A stretch of DNA of 64,000 nucleotides from Rickettsiales bacterium (GTDB lineage: Bacteria > Pseudomonadota > Alphaproteobacteria > Rickettsiales > UBA1997): positions 41,894 to 105,893 of the forward strand of contig JBMSJJ010000006.1 of NCBI GenBank assembly GCA_049418765.1, written 5' to 3'. Below, in pieces: positions 33,290 to 41,020 of the stretch. Positions within the stretch are counted from its first letter, which is position 1. Every line of letters starts with the position of its first letter. Under the pieces are notes generated by a model that saw only the letters and a program-made list of their open reading frames with translations, had not been told where the DNA came from and ran no database searches. The translations under genes were made by a program, and so were the position numbers.

Positions 33290-34768
33290 ATGAATTTCCA
33301 AAAACTCTTCTTTTTATTTATATTGCTTTGCTTCCAGCTTACTATTAAAGCCTATTGCCAAACTATTTCGCCTTATGTTAATCAAAAAAAACTAAATCCA
33401 AATCAATATCATTTCGAATATTCTGGATTGGTTAATTCGACAATGGCTTTTAGTAAGCAAAATAATATTTTACAGCAAAAAACTTTGCCAGATAATTTTT
33501 CCAAGAATTATATAAATAATCAATTTAATCTTGGTTTTGATAACCAAATTTATTTAAAATCGGCTTATAAATTTGCAAATAACAATATTGGAACTGTTGG
33601 GACAACTGCAAAATTTGAAGTAAATATTAACACGAATCAGCGTTTTCTTCGACCTAATCTTGACCAATTTTTTGGCTATGTTGAAAATGATTATTTTAAA
33701 TTTGAAATTGGAAATTATTTAGCGGTCAATCAAAAAATGAAACAAGGACCAGCTCGCTTTGCCCGTGGCGCTGGTGGCATCAATGGAAAATATTTGGAAT
33801 ATGTAAATTTACCGGTTTTTTCATCTCAAAATAATTTATGTAATAATGCTATCAATAATTTAGCTTGTCAAAATTTTATTCAGCCAAAATTTATTTTGCT
33901 AGCCCAGTCGCCAATTGGTCATGGCGGTTATGCAACTGGCTTTTATCCGCAAGATTATTCAAATAATTATAATGGCAAAATTAAACTTTCGGATTTTAAT
34001 AAAAATAATTTTCGTGCTCTTAAGGATGACAGTTTCGAGGGCTTAGAAGATGCACTGAAACTGAGTTTTTATTCGCAAAAAATTAATGATTTTCAATTGG
34101 GTTTTTCATTAACGCCATCTACAAATAATCAAGGTTTTACCGCCAAAACAGCACCACAAAGCCACGATAACAAAATCAATAATATTTATAGCTTTGGGGT
34201 AAATTATATTGCTGATTTTGATAATTTAAATATTGCCTTATCTTCAACCGCCGAATATGGTGAGTCAAAAAAATTTCAAAATATTTCTAGAGAAAATTTA
34301 TTTTCTTATGATTTTGGCGGAAGTTTAAGTTATTTTGGTTTTAAAATTGGCTCTTCCTTTGGTTCTTGGGGTAAATCCTTAAATGCCAAAAACGGCGCTT
34401 ATGCCTGCAATTACGATGAAAATAAAAATTTATTATCGCAAAATTGCGCAAATAATTCTGCGAATAAATTTTCTAATTCTTATTATTTCACTAGTGGTTT
34501 GGCCTATGAAATTGGTCCAATTAAGGCAAGTTTAACCTCGCTAAACAGTAATTTTCAAGGCAATAAATATTTTGTAAAATCATTTGGTATTGATTACAAA
34601 ATCAAAAAAAATCTAATTTCTTATATTGAATTTACTAATTTTAAATTTAAAAATTCTTTATCAAAAATAATTGATTTAAATAACCAAATAACATTTGCAA
34701 ATTCATCTAATAATATTAAAAATAATGATGGAAAAATTTTTCTAATAGGAATTTATTATATTTATTAA
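33290..34768 (+). CDS. Outer-membrane beta-barrel (porin-like) protein
   Basis: Signal peptide, alternating aromatic/polar beta-strand-like pattern, Asn/Gly-rich loops and an aromatic C-terminus (IGIYYIY). Confidence 0.55.
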   Translation: MNFQKLFFLFILLCFQLTIKAYCQTISPYVNQKKLNPNQYHFEYSGLVNSTMAFSKQNNILQQKTLPDNFSKNYINNQFNLGFDNQIYLKSAYKFANNNIGTVGTTAKFEVNINTNQRFLRPNLDQFFGYVENDYFKFEIGNYLAVNQKMKQGPARFARGAGGINGKYLEYVNLPVFSSQNNLCNNAINNLACQNFIQPKFILLAQSPIGHGGYATGFYPQDYSNNYNGKIKLSDFNKNNFRALKDDSFEGLEDALKLSFYSQKINDFQLGFSLTPSTNNQGFTAKTAPQSHDNKINNIYSFGVNYIADFDNLNIALSSTAEYGESKKFQNISRENLFSYDFGGSLSYFGFKIGSSFGSWGKSLNAKNGAYACNYDENKNLLSQNCANNSANKFSNSYYFTSGLAYEIGPIKASLTSLNSNFQGNKYFVKSFGIDYKIKKNLISYIEFTNFKFKNSLSKIIDLNNQITFANSSNNIKNNDGKIFLIGIYYIY

Positions 34769-34770
34769 CT

Positions 34771-35775
34771 ATGAGCGTTGATGCTTTAGAATCATTTTTG
34801 TCGCCCTTAAGTCAGATTTTTGCTCGCGAAGGTGTGAGTGAAATTTCCATTAATCGCCCTAGAGAAGTTTGGGTTGAAATTAAAGGCGATATGTTTCGCG
34901 AAGAGTTGTCAAATTTTGATGTTGAGCATTTAAAAACCCTTGGAAGACTTGTTGCCCAGGCAACCGAGCAAAGGCTTAGCGAAGAAGAGCCGCTTTTATC
35001 GGCAACTTTACCTAATGGTTTTCGTGTGCAAATCGTATTTCCACCCGCTTGCGAGCCGGGTCATGTGATAATGTCGATTCGTAAGCCTTCACCCTTAAAA
35101 TGGTCGCTTGATGATTATGATAAAATGGGAATGTTTGATACCACATCAGTTGGCGAAATTGAAGATAAAAACGCCTTAATTTTAGGCAAATTACTTGAAT
35201 TAAATCGCATCAAAGAATTTATTTCAAGGGCAGTGCTTTACAAAAAAAATATCATCATTTCGGGCGGTACTTCGACTGGTAAAACTACTTTTACCAATGC
35301 GGTTATTCGTTCAATTCCTCATGAAGAAAGGCTTATAACCGTTGAAGATGCTCGCGAGATTGACCTTAATTCTCATCCAAATCGAGTGCATTTGCTTGCT
35401 TCAAAAGGTGGTCAGGGTAGGGCAAAAGTTAATACTCAAGATTTGATTGAGGCCTGCTTGCGTCTTCGTCCTGAGCGTATTATCGTGGGTGAGCTTCGTG
35501 GATCGGAAGCTTTTAGTTTTCTTCGAGCGATAAATACCGGACACCCCGGATCAATTTCAACACTTCACGCCGATACTCCACAAATGGCAATTGAACAGCT
35601 TAAATTAATGGTGATGCAGGCTGGTCTTGGCATGCCACCAGATGATATTCTTAATTACATTAAAAATGTGGTCGATATAGTGATTCAATTAAAGCGGGGC
35701 GAAAAGGGCAGGAGATATATATCGGAGATTTATTACCGACCTCTTCATTCTAATCCTAAAAATAAAAAAACTTAA
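34771..35775 (+). CDS. virB11: Type IV secretion ATPase VirB11
   Basis: 334 aa. ISINRPREVWVE, MSIRKPS, Walker A GGTSTGKTT and a His-box region TGHPGSISTLHA. No other vir genes are in the window. Confidence 0.9.
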   Translation: MSVDALESFLSPLSQIFAREGVSEISINRPREVWVEIKGDMFREELSNFDVEHLKTLGRLVAQATEQRLSEEEPLLSATLPNGFRVQIVFPPACEPGHVIMSIRKPSPLKWSLDDYDKMGMFDTTSVGEIEDKNALILGKLLELNRIKEFISRAVLYKKNIIISGGTSTGKTTFTNAVIRSIPHEERLITVEDAREIDLNSHPNRVHLLASKGGQGRAKVNTQDLIEACLRLRPERIIVGELRGSEAFSFLRAINTGHPGSISTLHADTPQMAIEQLKLMVMQAGLGMPPDDILNYIKNVVDIVIQLKRGEKGRRYISEIYYRPLHSNPKNKKT

Positions 35776-35777
35776 AT

Positions 35778-36794
35778 ATGGAAACAATTAATCATCGTTT
35801 TTTTAGAAAGAAATTTCAAAGTTTAAATCTTCATGAAGTCTTGGAAATAACTCGAGGTGTGCCACATAAAAATGTTAATCATGAAACCAAAATTCACGAT
35901 ATTAAATCGCTTCCCAATGCCTCTGAAAACGACATCTCTTTTTTAAGTTCAGGGCAATATCAAGATAAATTTTTAGCTTCAAAAGCTGGATTTTGCTTTA
36001 TCGAAGAAAAAAATATCAGCAAACTTCCATCTTCAATGCTTGGCATTGTTGTTAAAAACCCTTATTTTGCTTATGCTCAAATTGTAAGCCATTTTTACGA
36101 GGTCAAGCCTGCAAATTTTGCTTCACAAAATATTCATCCAACCGCCAAGATTGGCGAAAATTCTCAAATTGCCCCAAATGTTTTTATTGGTAGCAATGTT
36201 GAGATCGGTAAAAATGCTCAAATCAATGCTGGCGCAGTTATTGCTGATAATGTTAAAATCGGCGATAATTGTATAATCGGTGCCAACTCAGTGATTTCTT
36301 TTGCAGTTATTGGCGATAATTGTATTTTTTTAAATGGTGTAAAAATTGGTCAAGAAGGCTTTGGCTTTGTTCATAATAATGGTGTTAATTTTAAAATTTT
36401 GCAAATTGGCATCGTGCAAATTGGCAATAATGTAGAAATTGGTGCCAATAGCTGTATAGATCGCGGAGCCCTTGAAAATACTATTATTCACGATGAAGTT
36501 AAAATTGATAATTTATGCCAAATTGCTCATAATGTTGAGATTGGTCGAGGCACAGTAATGGCGGGTTCAAGCGGAGTTGCTGGCAGTTGTAAAATTGGAA
36601 AATATGTACAAATTGGCGGAAATTCTAGCCTTGCGGGTCATATTAATATTGGCGATGGAGTTAAAATTGCTGGTATGAGCGGGGTAATGCGTGATATCGA
36701 GCCGATGTCGATTGTGGCAGGAATTCCAGTCTTACCAATCAAAAAATGGCACCGCTTAAATTTGATTTTGCAAAAACTCCTTGAAAAAAATTAG
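35778..36794 (+). CDS. lpxD: UDP-3-O-acylglucosamine N-acyltransferase
   Basis: Long run of hexapeptide repeats (IGENSQIAPNVFIGSNVEIGKNAQINAGAVIADNVKIGDN...). Length is 338 aa. Confidence 0.9.
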   Translation: METINHRFFRKKFQSLNLHEVLEITRGVPHKNVNHETKIHDIKSLPNASENDISFLSSGQYQDKFLASKAGFCFIEEKNISKLPSSMLGIVVKNPYFAYAQIVSHFYEVKPANFASQNIHPTAKIGENSQIAPNVFIGSNVEIGKNAQINAGAVIADNVKIGDNCIIGANSVISFAVIGDNCIFLNGVKIGQEGFGFVHNNGVNFKILQIGIVQIGNNVEIGANSCIDRGALENTIIHDEVKIDNLCQIAHNVEIGRGTVMAGSSGVAGSCKIGKYVQIGGNSSLAGHINIGDGVKIAGMSGVMRDIEPMSIVAGIPVLPIKKWHRLNLILQKLLEKN

Positions 36795-36849
36795 GGCAGG
36801 GAATTGTTTTTGGCATATAAATTTCTCCTTAATTTGATTGATTAAATTT

Positions 36850-36884
36850 AGTGCATTCAAAACAAATTTTAAATGCACTTTTTA
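36850..36884 (+). terminator. Rho-independent terminator after lpxD
   Basis: Perfect 8-bp stem AGTGCATT / AATGCACT (36850-36857 and 36872-36879) followed by TTTTT. Confidence 0.6.
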
Positions 36885-37067
36885 TCAATTCATGAAAGGA
36901 GGATTTGTTCTAAATTTGGGGTAGCTTAACATCAAAATTGAAGGATATTTTTTGCCACGGCCAGAATCATTCTTGGTTTTTTCTCTACATTTATGGACTA
37001 CTAAATTTTATTAGCCTTCTCTAAATCTTCATGTTCAAAAGCCGAAGACATTAAGATATATAACTTA

Positions 37068-37096
37068 TTGACTTAAGTGCGAGTAAATATTAATAT
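37068..37096 (+). promoter_or_regulatory. Sigma70-like promoter of hipBA-1 with a palindrome overlapping the -35
   Basis: TTGACT, 17-nt spacer, TAATAT. The palindrome ACTTAAGT (37071-37078) overlaps the -35. The same TTGACTTAAGT string precedes hipB-2. Confidence 0.5.
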
Positions 37097-37138
37097 TATC
37101 ATATTACTTTTTGTAATAAATCTATTATAATTAATACA

Positions 37139-37447
37139 ATGATATTATTAAATTCGGTAGCCAAAGCTCAAGAAAAAATTGCTGAAAATGCTCGCAAACA
37201 GCGTCTGGCATTGGGATTGACTCAACAAGGTTTGGCTCTGCGTTCTGGAGTTGCCTTGCCAACTTTACGCAAATTCGAACAAAAGAGTCAGATTTCTTTG
37301 GAGTCATTCTTGAAACTTCAAATGGTTCTAGGTGGTCTAGATAATATTGTTAAATCAGTTGAGCTAAAAAACCCTGAATTTTCTTCAATTGATGATGTGC
37401 TTAAAGCCAACAAAATCAGCATTCGCAAAAGAGGAAATCGCAAATGA
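37139..37447 (+). CDS. hipB: XRE-family HTH antitoxin (HipB-like), copy 1
   Basis: 102 aa. HTH LGLTQQGLALRSGVALPTLRKFEQ. It overlaps the downstream kinase gene by 4 nt. Confidence 0.8.
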   Translation: MILLNSVAKAQEKIAENARKQRLALGLTQQGLALRSGVALPTLRKFEQKSQISLESFLKLQMVLGGLDNIVKSVELKNPEFSSIDDVLKANKISIRKRGNRK

Positions 37448-38670
37448 AAATCGCTGTAAAAGAAATAAAGGTTGGTCTAAATTTTGGCGATGGAATCATT
37501 CCTGTCGGTCGTTTGGCGATAAATAATCGGCAGATTTTTTTTCAATATCACCTCGATTTTCTTGAAAAAAATCTTAATATTTCGCCATTTCATCTACCGT
37601 TAAAATCAGGTGTATTTAGTTTTGATAATAATTTATTTGAAGGTTTGTGCGGAGTATTTAATGATAGCCTTGCCGATGGTTGGGGGCGATTACTTTTTGA
37701 CCGTTTTGCCAGATCTTTTGGAATAATTTCTTCGAGTATTTCGCCACTTGATCGATTAGCATTTGTAGGATTGAATGGTTTTGGTGCTTTAGTTTATGAA
37801 CCAGATTATAGCTCTAAGGAAATTATTGATAATATTAATTTAGATGAATTGGCTAAGCAATCTCAAGAGGTTTTAGATGGAGCATCTGATGAGTTAATAG
37901 AAAATCTTTTAAATTTAAATGGTTCATCAGCGGGAGCTCGTCCAAAGGCTTTGATAGGTCTAAATAATGATCGCAAAACAATTATTCACGGCGCTCGTGA
38001 TTTGCCAGATGAATTCTCGCCATGGATTGTTAAATTTAGCAGTTCACAAGATGGTGCAGATGCTGGAATAATCGAATATGTTTATGCATTAATGGCGAAA
38101 AATGCTGGAATATTAATGCCTGATATTCACTTATTTGCCAGCAAAAAAACTGCGGGATATTTTGCGGTTAAAAGATTTGATAGAAATGCCAAAAAACATC
38201 TGCATATGCACAGCGCGTGTGGCTTATTACACTCTAATTTTAGAGTTCCATCGTTGGATTATCAAGATTTGATTACGCTTACTAGTGTGCTTACCAAGGA
38301 TGCTCGAGAAATTGAAAAACTATATCAACTGGCGGTATTTAATGTTCTCGCCTACAACCGCGATGATCATTCAAAAAATTTTAGTTTTTTAATGGATGCA
38401 AAAGGTGATTGGAAACTTTCACCCGCTTACGATTTAACTTTTTCATCAGGACCAAATGGCGAACAAAGTACAATGGTTATGGGCGAGGGGAAAAATCCTC
38501 GCATTGATCATTTAATCAAATTAGGGCTCGAAGCTAAATTATCCAAAACTCGCATTACCGAAATTATTGAACAAACGCGATCAGCTCTAGCGGGCTGGGA
38601 AGCTCTTGCAAAAGAATATGGGGTATCTAAGGAAAATATTCGCTTGATAAAAAAATATATCGTTGGTTAA
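37444..38670 (+). CDS. hipA: HipA-family Ser/Thr kinase toxin, copy 1
   Basis: 408 aa. GSSAGARPKA (HipA P-loop-like motif), the catalytic-loop motif NRDDHSKNFSF and the Mg-binding motif SPAYDL. Confidence 0.85.
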   Translation: MKIAVKEIKVGLNFGDGIIPVGRLAINNRQIFFQYHLDFLEKNLNISPFHLPLKSGVFSFDNNLFEGLCGVFNDSLADGWGRLLFDRFARSFGIISSSISPLDRLAFVGLNGFGALVYEPDYSSKEIIDNINLDELAKQSQEVLDGASDELIENLLNLNGSSAGARPKALIGLNNDRKTIIHGARDLPDEFSPWIVKFSSSQDGADAGIIEYVYALMAKNAGILMPDIHLFASKKTAGYFAVKRFDRNAKKHLHMHSACGLLHSNFRVPSLDYQDLITLTSVLTKDAREIEKLYQLAVFNVLAYNRDDHSKNFSFLMDAKGDWKLSPAYDLTFSSGPNGEQSTMVMGEGKNPRIDHLIKLGLEAKLSKTRITEIIEQTRSALAGWEALAKEYGVSKENIRLIKKYIVG

Positions 38671-38759
38671 AAATCAAGAAATTCGATACTAAAAAATTAA
38701 TTGAAATTGGAAGAGTGATAGTTAAATTTTAGGTTATTAAAATAGACTTTGGTTGCGAA

Positions 38760-38799
38760 GGGCTCGTGATTTGAACCAACGTCCACGATAAATCTAATG
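38760..38799 (-). pseudogene. Degenerate copy of the 3' end (T-arm plus acceptor) of tRNA-fMet; candidate distal att remnant
   Basis: TGGTTGCGaagGGCTcgtGATTTGAACCAACGtcc compared with the tRNA gene's TGGTTGCGggGGCTgGATTTGAACCAACGacc. There are identical blocks of 8 and 14 nt in the same orientation. The T-stem no longer pairs. Confidence 0.55.
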
Positions 38800-38938
38800 C
38801 TCAAATACCATTTTAACTCAAAAATTGACCGTTATAAAAAAATTTTTTTTGATAAAAAATTTTAAAAATATAATGCAGAGAGTTATTAATTTTGATTAGA
38901 ATATTATTGAACATGTAATTTCGGTATTCAATTACATT

Positions 38939-39168
38939 GGATGCGATGCAAAAACCATCAATGCTATAAAAATTTTAGAGCATATCATTAGCAAAGGTTA
39001 TACTAAGTTTACACATTGTCAGATCATAAGAGAAAAAAGAAATGATGACGCTTTTGCTGATATTAAGCGATAATGGTGTTAGTAGATAGAGGCATATTAA
39101 TACCGATTGAAGAACCAACAAAAACTATATCCGCTGAAAAAAATCCCGGAAGACCAACTCTTACTTAG
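38939..39168 (+). pseudogene. C-terminal fragment of a DUF3987/primase-helicase-like mobile-element gene (frameshifted)
   Basis: Two frames read ...AIKILEHIISKGYTKFTHCQIIREKRNDDAFADIK and then AIMVLVDRGILIPIEEPTKTISAEKNPGRPTLT*. This resembles the winged-helix tail (…GRP…) of DUF3987 proteins. No N-terminal part is present. Confidence 0.4.
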
Positions 39169-39399
39169 TGGTATAGACTAAATTCAAAATTAATAACTAA
39201 CCTAAGTGCCAAAAATACAAAAAATTAAAAACATGATTATTGGTATTTTTGTCGTTAATTGCATTAGGAAAAAATCAAAATTCAAAATTTGATACTTTAT
39301 CAAGGAGAAATTATGGAAACACAATATGGAGACAAGAGTTTAGTCACAGGGAATCCAATGGTTAGCAGGAATAAACGATCATAAATCTTGATTGAAAAG

Positions 39400-39673
39400 A
39401 TGGAAAAGAAATTTCCTAAATGGTCTCCGATTGGGCAATTGATAGAAATCGCTAGAGATGAAAATAAATCCTATTGAAGTTAGAGCTAAGTGCGCTGAAA
39501 GAATGGCGGGTTATGTTTATGCAAAACCAAAAGATGAAAAAGCTCGGGATTTATCGCCTATGAAGGATATGGCGGAGTTAATCCGTGAAGCAAGAATAAG
39601 AGCAGGACTTATGCAAGCACCTCTTCATGGTGAATTAGTAATGAAACAAGTTGGTTTTAAAAAAAGCTTATAG
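39400..39673 (+). pseudogene. Phage-derived gene remnant (frameshifted)
   Basis: MEKKFPKWSPIGQLIEIARDENK runs into a stop and continues in another frame as INPIEVRAKCAERMAGYVYAKPKDEK... This is a motif style seen in small phage proteins. Assignment is weak. Confidence 0.3.
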
Positions 39674-39685
39674 GTAGAAAAATAT

Positions 39686-40153
39686 CTACTTAGTGATAAG
39701 GTCATTCATTTGCTTTAGAGAGTAAATAATAGCCCAATAAATAGCAAAATTACTTAGGCAATTATCTTCTTCAAAAAAGCTGTTAATTGCAGAGAAGAAT
39801 ATTGTACCAATTGCCAGCAAATAAATGATGAACAAAGTCATGGCTATGAAATAAAACTTTTCACCAACTTTCAAATTATCCCATTCCAGATACTCTATTA
39901 AGCTCTGCATCACAACATAAGATAATGTTAAGATATAATATGATGGAAGCATGCTCCAAAGCATCATCTGATTATTTGAGAAATCAAAATCTCTTCCCAT
40001 TAGATCGAGAAAACATCCATAAATCAGAATAATAATCGCAAATGCGGCTTTAGCGATAATGTCGTGTCTGATAATTTTTAAAGAAAAAAACTTTTTAGAA
40101 TTTTGACAAAAAATTTCGTTATAAGAAAGGTTTAGTAAATTTTTGTTTTTCAT
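39686..40153 (-). CDS. Hypothetical 4-TM membrane protein (island cargo)
   Basis: 155 aa with four hydrophobic helices. It starts 9 nt downstream of the lipoprotein gene on the same strand. Confidence 0.55.
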   Translation of the reverse strand: MKNKNLLNLSYNEIFCQNSKKFFSLKIIRHDIIAKAAFAIIILIYGCFLDLMGRDFDFSNNQMMLWSMLPSYYILTLSYVVMQSLIEYLEWDNLKVGEKFYFIAMTLFIIYLLAIGTIFFSAINSFFEEDNCLSNFAIYWAIIYSLKQMNDLITK

Positions 40154-40162
40154 TAGAAGGAT

Positions 40163-40651
40163 CTATTCAAAAAATTTCTTATTCGGATCTGATATTTGCG
40201 ATTCGGTAGCAATATAATTACGCATTCCCTGAAAGATATTTTGCGGCCATGAAGTTGCGGTCATATCTCCCCAGAATCCCAAATCTTTTGAGCCTTTGAC
40301 TAAGATTTTTACTTCCGATCCTTTTCTGACTTCATCTTTTCTGATATAAACCCCAGCAACAATATTCCAATCATACTTGGTCATTCCATGCTCACCAATG
40401 GCAAACAATTTTGAGTAATCAGCTCTTTTTATAGTAAAATCAGCATTAGCCAAACCAGCTTTAGCAGCAAGATAAGCGGTTCTTGTATCAACGCCCTTTA
40501 AGAAAAATACCTCTTCATATTGCGACCATCCAGTGCGGCCTTCTTTAGTGGAGTCAAAATCAATTTCAGAAGATGATTGGGGAAGTGAATTTATTGAGAT
40601 GCAGCTGGATAGAAAAACACATAATAAAACGAAATAAACTAACCTTTTCAT
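40163..40651 (-). CDS. Hypothetical lipoprotein (island cargo)
   Basis: Lipobox VFLSSC. 162 aa. No family recognised. Confidence 0.55.
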   Translation of the reverse strand: MKRLVYFVLLCVFLSSCISINSLPQSSSEIDFDSTKEGRTGWSQYEEVFFLKGVDTRTAYLAAKAGLANADFTIKRADYSKLFAIGEHGMTKYDWNIVAGVYIRKDEVRKGSEVKILVKGSKDLGFWGDMTATSWPQNIFQGMRNYIATESQISDPNKKFFE

Positions 40652-40714
40652 TGAACACTATTAATTATTAATCAGATAGCAATGGGACGGAAAACCACCA
40701 GCCTTTTTAGGGGC

Positions 40715-40888
40715 ACCAGTTGGCGATCCAGTAGGTTAGTAAAATCGTACAGAGACGACCGTGACGATTTTGGTCGTGAGGCTTGGACATAGCGTCATCT
40801 CCCGTACCATAAGGTACGGAAAATGACATCAATTAAGGGCTGATGACCGCCCCCCTGTACGAGATTACTACGCCTCGGAACAACTGGT
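40715..40888. ncRNA. Candidate structured RNA or cis-element in a roughly 50% GC intergenic stretch
   Basis: Five properly nested helices. ACCAGTTG 40715-22 pairs with CAACTGGT 40881-88. TCGTACAG 40745-52 pairs with CTGTACGA 40855-62. ACGACC 40755-60 pairs with GGTCGT 40772-77. GTCATC 40794-99 pairs with GATGAC 40842-47. CCGTACC 40802-08 pairs with GGTACGG 40813-19. By hand count about 115 of 230 nt are G+C. Strand not determined. Confidence 0.3.
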
Positions 40889-41020
40889 TTGCTCGGCGGA
40901 AATTATTGCCTAATTATCAGAAAAAGGCAATGAAATGTTTTGTAAATTATCTAAAAATTAGCTATGCTCCTTTACGCGATTTCTTGAAGAAATGGCAAAA
41001 TTTTACAATTGAGTTAAAGC

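Noticed and set aside
33290-34768. The 492-aa gene upstream of virB11 as VirB10, which is the usual neighbour
   Set aside because: It has a cleavable signal peptide, an alternating beta-strand pattern and an aromatic C-terminus typical of an outer-membrane barrel. It lacks the N-terminal TM plus Pro-rich region of VirB10.
36885-37067. A second, older tRNA-fMet 3'-end copy expected to the left of hipBA-1 if that segment was a separate tandem island
   Set aside because: Reading both strands of 36.8-37.1 kb, I found no stretch resembling TGGTTGCG...GATTTGAACC. The left limit of the hipBA-1 segment therefore rests only on the GC shift and the lpxD terminator.
40838-40900. Hammerhead-ribozyme-like core: CTGATGA followed by a CCGCC...GGCGG stem and AAA
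   Set aside because: The 3' strand of the would-be stem II runs straight into AAA with no G12 of the GAAA core, and shifting the register breaks the stem. No convincing stems I/III or cleavage-site triplet are present. A 7-mer like CTGATGA is expected several times by chance in 64 kb.
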